From the IMG/VR virus record IMGVR_UViG_3300044448_003347: a stretch of 64,000 bases of DNA. One strand, given 5' to 3'. Position numbers and translations under genes: made by a program. This DNA is from an uncultured virus (IMG/VR IMGVR_UViG_3300044448_003347) (Duplodnaviria; Heunggongvirae; Uroviricota; Caudoviricetes). Numbering within the stretch: position 1 is the stretch's first letter; each line of letters opens with the position of its first letter. This document shows, piece by piece, positions 36,305-44,784 of the stretch. The notes below the pieces were generated by a model. It did not search any database. It was not told where the DNA came from and saw nothing but the letters and a program-made list of their open reading frames with translations.

Positions 36305-37054
36305 TTAGCCTGCCAGTTCTTTGAGGGCAGCCTCAACATCATTGGACGCTTCAGTCTTAGAAGCATACTTTGTTGTCTCAGAGGAGGCTTCCTCTGCATC
36401 GACATTAGAGTTGAGGAACTCATCAAGGATGCCTTGCACATCCTCAGTGGACTTGCGCTCGAAGAGCGTGTCAAGGTCAGGGACAGTTGCGACAATCTCT
36501 TGGCATGCTTCGTCACCATCTTCGCATAGTGGGGAGGATTTACGCCGTGGCTGTACCTTCGTCTGAGGGTACATCATGCCGGGAGCCTTTCCGTATGAGA
36601 GAACAAGATCAGTTCCTTCACCGGGGTCCGTGATGTCGCCATAGTCTGGGTTGAGAACCAAACTAAGGAGGGTTTCGTATACGGTCTTTCCGTATCCCCA
36701 AACCTTAACGCCTTCAGATTCTTGTCCACGAACAAGGACAGGCGAAAAGAAGCGCTGGCGAGCAAAGAGATTCTTAGCCTGTGAAATGCTCTCTTGCGAA
36801 CCCTCGTTGAAGAGTTTGGTCGCAAAGTTGCACACAGGGCAGTCATCCCCAAAGTTGCGCTTCGGACAAAGGAAACCAGAATTGTTTCCCAGATTGTAGT
36901 GAAAGTGATGCTCCTTGAAAGGGTCTTCGTCTGGTGATGGGAGAATGCGGATTACATTCTCGCCGTCTTGTGGACGCCAGAAGTCAGACTTCTTTCCGCC
37001 TTTGCCTTGAGCAGCGGCAAGCTTTTGTTTCATTTTATCAATATTGATACCCAT
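36305..37054 (-). CDS. single-stranded DNA-binding protein, T4 gp32-like
   Basis: FWRP...IRILP, H...C...CPVC zinc site, YGDITDP..GTDL, acidic tail. Confidence 0.85.
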   Translation of the reverse strand: MGINIDKMKQKLAAAQGKGGKKSDFWRPQDGENVIRILPSPDEDPFKEHHFHYNLGNNSGFLCPKRNFGDDCPVCNFATKLFNEGSQESISQAKNLFARQRFFSPVLVRGQESEGVKVWGYGKTVYETLLSLVLNPDYGDITDPGEGTDLVLSYGKAPGMMYPQTKVQPRRKSSPLCEDGDEACQEIVATVPDLDTLFERKSTEDVQGILDEFLNSNVDAEEASSETTKYASKTEASNDVEAALKELAG

Positions 37055-37082
37055 TTTTTCTCCTTCTATAAGTTATACACAC

Positions 37083-37121
37083 ACTATAAGTTATCTAAAA
37101 ATAAAAGTCAAGAACTTTTTT
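37083..37121 (-). promoter_or_regulatory. sigma70-like promoter
   Basis: A-tract, TTGACT-17bp-TATAGT. Confidence 0.75.
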
Positions 37122-37947
37122 CATTTTGTATTTCTGATGTGCTTGAAATGAAATAAGCATATTTGTCTGAGTATTGTGTAGAAAACACGCCGTATGATAC
37201 TTTTATATCTTTTTCTTGTGGCGTGTCTTTTATCTGTGACATAATCTTATTCATCAAAGTCTTATCAGTTTCTAGTTCCGTTTTAGGAATGGCGTAATAA
37301 TAGCGCTTTTCTTTTGCATTGTCAAGAGAAAAAAATGGACTCTCTTCACCTGTTTCTGGATTTAATATGCCGAAAGTTGAAATACGACAGGTTTCTCTTG
37401 GGCTAGATAAAGTTCCCACCACTGGTTCGGTGTGACTGAATACATTTATCATGTGTATAGTTGCAACGATTACCTCGTTTAAACTATCGTAATATCCCAT
37501 GATTGGTGCTCCGCCTAAGATTTTATCTATCTGCTGGTTGTCAATAGCGTAAAACTGCTTAAAAACACCAGATCTAGCATATTGCTGGAGAGCACCGAAG
37601 ACGATACTTGTTTGAAGACGGCGAGTTTCAGAAAGCGTATCAACATCTGGGTGGATGTAAAGCACACTTATATCGCCCCTGCTATGTAGTTGCTGCAAGA
37701 TTCTTAGGGATGCCCCGGAGATAATGCTAGCCCCAGACAAGACAAACAAAATTTCTCCGCTTACATTCGCTAGGTGTTTACTAATGTCTGGGAAGTTCTC
37801 TTCGTACTTTTCTGGGTGCTCTTCCTTGGGAACACAGATTGTTGCATCTGGCTCATGGTCAATTGTAATTGTTTTATATTGGGGGTGCTTAGAAAATGCT
37901 TTTGTTAGTTTATATCCAACACTGCCAAGTCCTATTAGTATATCCAT
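37108..37947 (-). CDS. divergent tubulin/FtsZ-like protein
   Basis: IGLGSVG T1-loop, SGASIISG at the T4-loop position, IDN, YDSLNEVI. Confidence 0.6.
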   Translation of the reverse strand: MDILIGLGSVGYKLTKAFSKHPQYKTITIDHEPDATICVPKEEHPEKYEENFPDISKHLANVSGEILFVLSGASIISGASLRILQQLHSRGDISVLYIHPDVDTLSETRRLQTSIVFGALQQYARSGVFKQFYAIDNQQIDKILGGAPIMGYYDSLNEVIVATIHMINVFSHTEPVVGTLSSPRETCRISTFGILNPETGEESPFFSLDNAKEKRYYYAIPKTELETDKTLMNKIMSQIKDTPQEKDIKVSYGVFSTQYSDKYAYFISSTSEIQNEKSS

Positions 37948-39122
37948 AAGTCCTTCATTTCTCCAAAATTTCTTCCGCCAGCCACATTCGTCTTGAACCT
38001 CCCAAAGGGAGTTTCCATAAACTCCCAGTAGACATCGTTGATAAAGTCGCCGTCTTCGTCAGCATAGTCTAACACAATGCTGTCATGTATTATAAACGCT
38101 ATTTTGGTCTTCTTGCTATCAAGCATATCTGATATTACAATAGCCTTTTCAAGAATCAGGTCGCTACAAGTGCTTTGGATTATGTAGTTGAGAGCATGGT
38201 ATTCATCAGAGGCAATAGTTCGATGATAAGTGGTAGTAATGTTTGCACCATCCCAATATTCCTCCTTGATGGCTTCCCTATCATATAGCATAGAAAGGAC
38301 ATTATCTTCGGCGTTAGGGTTGTATAGCCATGAGAAGATTCGTTTTTTTGCCTCTTCTCTCGTCATATCTCCACCAAATAATTCAAGAGCGTTGTATTCG
38401 TGCAAATCTATCGGAGGCTGCTTTTCTCCAAGTAAACCCAAAAGAACTCTTAGTTCTGCTGCATTGTAATCTAATTCCACAAACCAGTTGTTGTTTGGCT
38501 TGAGAATCTTTCTGAACTTCTTGTCCATAGTTAATATTGGGAACGAGTGTTTCTGGGTTGTCAGCCTTCCCGTCTTAGTTCCAAAAGGATTGTATTTAAT
38601 ATAGGGCTCTGTTCTGTGGATCTTCTTGTAAAATTCTTTAGTGCGTGTATCCGCCAAATCATTGTTAAGTATAGAGAGATCAATATTGAGTTTTTGATAT
38701 TTGATGTCTGTGACGAGGCTTGTGATCTTGACCATATTTTCATAGTTAGATGGCTTTTCATATGTATCGAAAACATGTTGGGTGATCTTGCCTTTCAGCA
38801 TACAAAACTCTTTTAAAAAACCTTCAGGCACAAGATCAAAAAAACAATGATCTTGCATAGAGATCTTGGCTATAGCAAAAGATTTATAGAATGACTTAAG
38901 TTTTGACCAGATACGGCTGTAATCCTCCTTAAGTTCATCAGGGCAGACTTCTCCTAATGATTTTCCTTGGCAGAGGATATTGGCGTATTCCACCTCAAAA
39001 TCCTTGAGGAAAGATGAATACTTCCATGTGCGGGTAATTTCTTTTGGCAGGTCTTTGTGGATTTTCCCGTCAGCGTAAATGCCGACACACTTCTCTTTTT
39101 CGTCTAGGGCTTGGAATAACAA
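37935..39122 (-). CDS. minimal family-A DNA polymerase domain
   Basis: TKTGRLT, LDYNAAELR (motif A), REEAKKRIFSWLY (B), ALNYIIQS, IHDSIV (C). Confidence 0.8.
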   Translation of the reverse strand: MLFQALDEKEKCVGIYADGKIHKDLPKEITRTWKYSSFLKDFEVEYANILCQGKSLGEVCPDELKEDYSRIWSKLKSFYKSFAIAKISMQDHCFFDLVPEGFLKEFCMLKGKITQHVFDTYEKPSNYENMVKITSLVTDIKYQKLNIDLSILNNDLADTRTKEFYKKIHRTEPYIKYNPFGTKTGRLTTQKHSFPILTMDKKFRKILKPNNNWFVELDYNAAELRVLLGLLGEKQPPIDLHEYNALELFGGDMTREEAKKRIFSWLYNPNAEDNVLSMLYDREAIKEEYWDGANITTTYHRTIASDEYHALNYIIQSTCSDLILEKAIVISDMLDSKKTKIAFIIHDSIVLDYADEDGDFINDVYWEFMETPFGRFKTNVAGGRNFGEMKDLWIY

Positions 39123-39132
39123 TGTTGACCTT

Positions 39133-40596
39133 CTAGTAAAATTGTTTCAGATAATTACTAATATAATTCATTGAAGAATTTTTGTCAACTTTAAAATACA
39201 AATCTTCTATCTTAGCTAAAACATTTGTCTTCTTTCTCTCTTCCAGTGAAACTTTCATCTCTCTTAGTCTTATTAAAAAATATAATTTTTGCCACACAAT
39301 ATCAGTATATTCAGTTGCCAATTGATCGTTGCTTAACTTTTCCCTGTGGACTGTTTTTATATTTAGTTTTCTAAAAAATGCATTTTTTGAATTAAAACCA
39401 GTGCCGAGATCTTCGCAATATTTTGTAGTAGAGAAAAAAGAGTAAGCACGATAAAATCTTTCATACATGCCTATAAACATTTTTTTTAGATCTTCGATCT
39501 CAATATCTTTTACTTTCAAAAAATAAGAATCATATAAGTCTTGTGTGTTGTACGCTAACTCAACTGGCTCTATATTGTGTGTATGGGGGGGCACACCAAT
39601 ATCTTTTTCGTTAGCTTTGGCTGTAAAATCTGGTATTACTTTATAATTGATAATCTTATGTCTATGTCTTTTTCCTCCAGTTTGCACTATAGTGTTTGTA
39701 AAGCCGTTACCGTCTTCATCAATATTAAATTCATGCTTGTGGTACAGATAAGATTCTAAATTTGGTGTTTCAGTCTCTGTTGTTTGCCCATTTCGAGGCA
39801 TTCTTAAAAAGTTAAGCTTGGGAGATGCATATTGTATCATTTTTGGAGAACTAATGTTTGCCACCAATCGGAAGGGGGCGTGTTTGTCAATTAAGAACCC
39901 CTTACTTGCTGCCGCTGTAGCATAATCTCTAAAGTTTCTATTGTTAATAAACTTATCAAACTTTTTATAGTCATTGCCGTAATCATCCTTATATATGTCT
40001 ATGCAGAGCCCAGATGATGCCCTATCATAAAACTCTGATTCAATAAAGCCAGAATATGTTATTGGGTATTCTGGCAAAAAATCTAAATATTCATTGATAA
40101 ACACATACATAAAATCATTAAAATTTCTTATCTTTCTTTTCTTTTCGCTGTCTAAAAATACTAGCACAAAATTTTTATAAAAGCCTTCTTTAATTTGATC
40201 TCTATCATCATCTATCTCTCTCCAAGCTCTCTGTGCTTCCCATCCATCTTTTATTTTACCCTCGTCAAATACCATTTTGACAGATGCTTTTGTATTCATA
40301 TAAAAAACAAAATCCTCATATGCATTAGCAACAAAGTCAAGTGTGTAAATTTGTTTTTTTGTGCCCGGAACTTTGATTGAAAAATTTGGATTTGGAATTA
40401 TATAATTTCTCTGCGAGTCCATCAAACCGTAGCTATAATAATTTGTTAAATGAAAATCTATTGGCTTTGGAAAACTAGGATCTGTCCTGTCTGGATAATA
40501 CGCCTCATACGCCTTCCTCTGTATAAACATGTCCTTGGCTGACAAATTATTAGAGCCATATAAGTTTTTGTCTTTGAATTTTTTATAGAGAGTCAT
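39133..40596 (-). CDS. hypothetical (probably virion-associated) protein with His-motif insert
   Basis: Last gene of the baseplate block; HKH...HRH...HTH cluster. Confidence 0.6.
   Translation of the reverse strand: MTLYKKFKDKNLYGSNNLSAKDMFIQRKAYEAYYPDRTDPSFPKPIDFHLTNYYSYGLMDSQRNYIIPNPNFSIKVPGTKKQIYTLDFVANAYEDFVFYMNTKASVKMVFDEGKIKDGWEAQRAWREIDDDRDQIKEGFYKNFVLVFLDSEKKRKIRNFNDFMYVFINEYLDFLPEYPITYSGFIESEFYDRASSGLCIDIYKDDYGNDYKKFDKFINNRNFRDYATAAASKGFLIDKHAPFRLVANISSPKMIQYASPKLNFLRMPRNGQTTETETPNLESYLYHKHEFNIDEDGNGFTNTIVQTGGKRHRHKIINYKVIPDFTAKANEKDIGVPPHTHNIEPVELAYNTQDLYDSYFLKVKDIEIEDLKKMFIGMYERFYRAYSFFSTTKYCEDLGTGFNSKNAFFRKLNIKTVHREKLSNDQLATEYTDIVWQKLYFLIRLREMKVSLEERKKTNVLAKIEDLYFKVDKNSSMNYISNYLKQFY
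39160..39188 (-). promoter_or_regulatory. sigma70-like promoter opening the replication block
   Basis: TTGACA-17bp-TATATT inside the end of the upstream gene. Confidence 0.65.
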
Positions 40597-40611
40597 TTTT
40601 TGCCCCTTGCC

Positions 40612-43600
40612 TTATTCTTCATCGGCGTCTATAGGTGTCTCATAAACCGTATCATGTGTAAATTGATTACTAGGATCTCCATCATTATAATAAGCCTCTG
40701 ATTCGTTTGCGCTGTGCGACTTGTTAGCTATTGAGGTTACACCAGAGCTTTGCCAGCGAGCGGTTACAAAAGTTCTAATAGCTCCTGTAGTTCCACCCAC
40801 GTCAAATCTGTGCTCAACATTTGTCACGAGATAGAAACCCTCAAGCCCCAAATGGGCTGGTAGGAGGGGGTCTGCGTTGGGATAAAACATGTTGTGTCTT
40901 AATCTTGAGTATAAGTGCATCCCCGGTCTAAAGAAAAAGTTTCCTATAAATTCTAAAGTCAAATCATATATATGCCAAGCTTCTCTGTATTCTTCGCCGT
41001 CTTCCATTGATCGAGCAGCCATCATCTCTGTTTGATATTTCTTTTTAACTTTCTTAAAATCAAAAGACAAAAGAGCATTTTTAGCTTTTCCTCCGGGCTC
41101 GACATATAAAATATTGTTTTCATTTAACCTATCTTTTACAGGTAGCGCGTCGGCTCGGTTGTCTGGCAATGAAAAGCCAAGGGCGGGAGTCCCGTACATT
41201 ACAAAAACATTCCAAATCTTATCTGGCGATACTATCGCCAGCTCTTTTTCTGATGAAAAAGCTTGATACGCTCTGATGGTGGATGGAGTCAACCTCATTC
41301 TTGTGCTATGGTTCTTGGTGCTGTTCCCATATAGTGCAACTGGATTTCTTGATCCGTCGAGAAGAGATACCATGTTCATATTCGTGAATTTAATTTGTAT
41401 TGGATTTTTTTTGCTTTTTCCAAAATTATGTTGAACCATGTTTAGAGCCGGTGTCACTAGTTGAGTTGCCAAGTCTTGTAAAAATTTTGTAAAAGGATAT
41501 TTATCAATGTCCCTTTCAATTACATTTTTTTTAAAAAATTCCATAAAGAATTTCATACTAATCGGAATATCAGCAATATTGATATTTATACTTTCAGATG
41601 GTCTTTGTGGATTTGAAACTAATACCGATCCCAAAATTAAACCTATCTTGCTTTCATGTAGTCTGTCTCCCACCCCATTTCCATTATAAACAGCCCTTAT
41701 TATATCTCCCACATACACAAAATATACATAATTATTGGTACTACTTTTTGGTTGAGCTGCGTCTGGTGGTCTTAACAGGCTCTCAACACTTTTTACAGCA
41801 TCGAAAGATGCAGGCTCCTCCGCGCTTTTTGCTGCTGATGCGTCGTCTGCCATCTTAGCCCCAATTCCAGAAGCGGTGGGGAGCACTTTAGCTTTACTGA
41901 CTTCAGACTCTTTGATTGCTCCTGCTTGCACCCTTACTGCTTGTGTGATATATGCTTCGGGGCTTGTTGAGATACCGCCGCCTATCGCATCTAATTCAGC
42001 GGCGGAGAAGCCTGCTCTTTGTAGCGCCAATTCTGTTTCCATGAGGTTGTTAAATCTCTCTCTATATGTGCTCGAAAAATATATCAAGTCCTCAACTTTA
42101 TATTTTGTGCAGTGTATTTTTTTCTCCATGAATAAAACTTCTAAGATCGCCCTATACTTAGCTATTTTATTTTGATGCAATAGCCTGTCATTAATGGCAT
42201 CTATCTGATCATTATAAATCTTCTTTTTATTGCTTACGTCTGTCTGGAGGGATTCCATCAATGAATCAGATACTCCTTGTATTTTGCCTAACGTAGAGGT
42301 GTCTCCGTTATAAGTTGGCACGGCACCTGCGCCGCCCGTGCCCAGTCCCGTTCCGCCACCATAAGTTTGTTTATAGTGAGGACGGTTAATGCCTTCTTCA
42401 ATTAACTCGTTTCTTTGCGCCAATAACCTCTCAAATTTGTCAACGTTCTCGGGGGCTACATCTTCAACATCAAGACCGAAGAGCGAGCTATAGCCCGGAA
42501 ATTGTTCAATCTGCTGGTTTAGCAGTTCAGCTCGGCTTTGCAATGATTTCCATCTGTCAAGTTTAGTTTCAGCGAAAGTGTATGCTTTTAGTGTATTCAC
42601 GGCGGTTTGTGATGAATTAACGGAATGATCTTTTATCTGTTGAGAGGTCAATATTCTGCCAGCAAAAATATCAACTGATGCTCTTTTCGCAAAGTCTTCT
42701 ATGAAAGAAACATAGTTCAAAGTTAGCTCTGTCTCACCACTAGGCTGAACTGATAAATCATAATCAACCAGCTGCAACATTAATGTGTATGTATTTAACT
42801 CTGATGCTTCTGATATAGCCTTCAATACATTTGGGACAGGATATTTTTCTGAGTTGATTATTTTGTCTCCGGTTGCACCCTTAACATCTTGGTAGCCGAC
42901 TACAAGTTTTAGTTGATACCCGTCGTAGTTATCTTGATTGCTGGGAGACTTACCTGAAAATGTCATTAGATCTCTTAATTTTGACCCTCCAGTGTCTGGT
43001 ATGTCTAAGACAGATATATTTTCCATTAAGAAAGTTAGTGAAACCTCCACCATCCTTGAAGAAGCAAAAGGATTTTGGTTCTTAACCTCCACAGTCATAT
43101 CTTTTAAACCATATTTTCCCGCAAAGAAAAGACCTTTTTTATCTGCATCGTTTAATCTTCTATTAAACCTAGCATTTGCTATATCTATTTTTCTTTGTCC
43201 TAAGATTTTAGTTTTGTCGAGAGGGTCTCTATAAATTCTGTACATCTTAATGGCTGGTGCTAGATTGCTGTTGGCGGAATAAATATTATCCAAAAAGTTT
43301 TGTTTTTCAAAGGTATCACTATTGTAAACTCCATCCAATATTGTTTGTGGGTTCTTGCTATCCCACAGTGCGAAAAAAGATTTTGATGGGACCCCGCCCA
43401 TTACTTTTTTGCTACCAACATACTTTCCTGTTGCAGTGCCATCCCCGTTAGAGTATCCGTTTTTGTTAATCGTTAAAGCATAGTTTTTTCCAAACTTTTC
43501 GATACCTCTCATCAAAAGGCTTTGCTCCGCTTGAACAAAATTAATTTGATCATTAGCAACAGCAACTTGGTCTCTTAAGATTTTTAATTTTTCATCGCTG

Positions 43601-43617
43601 AATCCGGCACCGCTCAT
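40612..43617 (-). CDS. putative baseplate hub protein
   Basis: Position after the LysM-like gene; C-terminal LEFIGN..FRPG...GFYLVTNVEH typical of hub proteins. Confidence 0.6.
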   Translation of the reverse strand: MSGAGFSDEKLKILRDQVAVANDQINFVQAEQSLLMRGIEKFGKNYALTINKNGYSNGDGTATGKYVGSKKVMGGVPSKSFFALWDSKNPQTILDGVYNSDTFEKQNFLDNIYSANSNLAPAIKMYRIYRDPLDKTKILGQRKIDIANARFNRRLNDADKKGLFFAGKYGLKDMTVEVKNQNPFASSRMVEVSLTFLMENISVLDIPDTGGSKLRDLMTFSGKSPSNQDNYDGYQLKLVVGYQDVKGATGDKIINSEKYPVPNVLKAISEASELNTYTLMLQLVDYDLSVQPSGETELTLNYVSFIEDFAKRASVDIFAGRILTSQQIKDHSVNSSQTAVNTLKAYTFAETKLDRWKSLQSRAELLNQQIEQFPGYSSLFGLDVEDVAPENVDKFERLLAQRNELIEEGINRPHYKQTYGGGTGLGTGGAGAVPTYNGDTSTLGKIQGVSDSLMESLQTDVSNKKKIYNDQIDAINDRLLHQNKIAKYRAILEVLFMEKKIHCTKYKVEDLIYFSSTYRERFNNLMETELALQRAGFSAAELDAIGGGISTSPEAYITQAVRVQAGAIKESEVSKAKVLPTASGIGAKMADDASAAKSAEEPASFDAVKSVESLLRPPDAAQPKSSTNNYVYFVYVGDIIRAVYNGNGVGDRLHESKIGLILGSVLVSNPQRPSESININIADIPISMKFFMEFFKKNVIERDIDKYPFTKFLQDLATQLVTPALNMVQHNFGKSKKNPIQIKFTNMNMVSLLDGSRNPVALYGNSTKNHSTRMRLTPSTIRAYQAFSSEKELAIVSPDKIWNVFVMYGTPALGFSLPDNRADALPVKDRLNENNILYVEPGGKAKNALLSFDFKKVKKKYQTEMMAARSMEDGEEYREAWHIYDLTLEFIGNFFFRPGMHLYSRLRHNMFYPNADPLLPAHLGLEGFYLVTNVEHRFDVGGTTGAIRTFVTARWQSSGVTSIANKSHSANESEAYYNDGDPSNQFTHDTVYETPIDADEE

Positions 43618-43636
43618 TAATTAATTCTCCAAATAT

Positions 43637-43972
43637 TTAATAAATTATATCCAATAAGTCATTCAAGTTAAGTGGTATTTCGATAGTCGCTCCAAAAAAC
43701 AACAAATGTTCTGCTGGTGTTTGGTTATAAAATGCAATGACCCACCAATAACTTGCATTGCCATAATACTCAAATGCTAGTTTGTAAAAGTGATCACCCA
43801 TTGACCAAGTATGCCTAACTGTGTTCATTCTTGCTCTAATTTCTGGTGTGGGGTAAAACATTCTTGGGGTCTTATATTGTTCAATTTTTTTGACACCTCT
43901 GTTTTTAAGAATATTTTTATATTTTTTATGAGCATTAACGGCTATATTGTAATTTTTATACCTAGATGGCAT
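43637..43972 (-). CDS. baseplate LysM-like (gp53/tail X-like) protein
   Basis: GDHFYKLAFEYYGNASYWWVIAFYN...IEIP. Confidence 0.8.
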   Translation of the reverse strand: MPSRYKNYNIAVNAHKKYKNILKNRGVKKIEQYKTPRMFYPTPEIRARMNTVRHTWSMGDHFYKLAFEYYGNASYWWVIAFYNQTPAEHLLFFGATIEIPLNLNDLLDIIY

Positions 43973-43993
43973 GATATAAGCTCCTTACTATGG

Positions 43994-44770
43994 TTATTGG
44001 CTTGAAACAGCACCAGATGCGAGGGCGTTGAGTCTTGCATCCTGCTCTTCCTGTGCCTTTTCTTTCCTTCTTTCTGCTGCTTCAGCTTGTTCTGGCGCAT
44101 CAGATGCCTCTGCTGCTGCACTATCTTGCGGGTTTTCTTTTTTTACTTCTTTTTTTGCTCCGTATCCGTAAGGGAAAGAATTCATGTGGTTTCCGCTACC
44201 ACCCTCAGTATCTGCTTCGCCAGACTTATCTGCGCCTATTACTTTCCCTAAAACATTCTTATGTTCCGGTAAGAAATTAAAAGATAGGGTTATTTCTTTT
44301 GGGTATATTTCGTTGCCTTTTTCAAATACACCGTTATCCAGTGCCCAATCAACACTCAAATTTGTTATAAAGCCCGGTAAGTGCTGCCTATTCGTGTGAT
44401 TGACTATTAGATTCATTAATTTAACTTTAACCTCTGGTCTAGAGGCAACATAAAAGCTATCACCATCTTTCGCGTAAACAGGATATGTAAATTGAACTAA
44501 CTTTGAAGTATCCTCTAGGTTTCTCTCGGCGGCGAAGGAGGTGGCGGCAACTAAAGTTATGCTCACCTGTATCGTTCTTTCAGTGGCAGTGTACTGCCTT
44601 AGAGGGTCCGTATTGCCGAAAATACCCTCGCTTTTATAAGTTGGGTTAAAGCTGTCGCTAAAATTAGTTACGTACCCAGAGTAAAGATTTACAGTATCTT
44701 CGCCATCTGTGCTTATGACAGACAATATCCTACCCTCTACATAACTTTCAAATGTTGTATCATAAGACAT
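43994..44770 (-). CDS. tail tube initiator / baseplate protein
   Basis: Follows the tape measure; G.TDP..QY..TERTI pattern. Confidence 0.6.
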   Translation of the reverse strand: MSYDTTFESYVEGRILSVISTDGEDTVNLYSGYVTNFSDSFNPTYKSEGIFGNTDPLRQYTATERTIQVSITLVAATSFAAERNLEDTSKLVQFTYPVYAKDGDSFYVASRPEVKVKLMNLIVNHTNRQHLPGFITNLSVDWALDNGVFEKGNEIYPKEITLSFNFLPEHKNVLGKVIGADKSGEADTEGGSGNHMNSFPYGYGAKKEVKKENPQDSAAAEASDAPEQAEAAERRKEKAQEEQDARLNALASGAVSSQ

Positions 44771-44784
44771 TCCTTAAGTATCTC

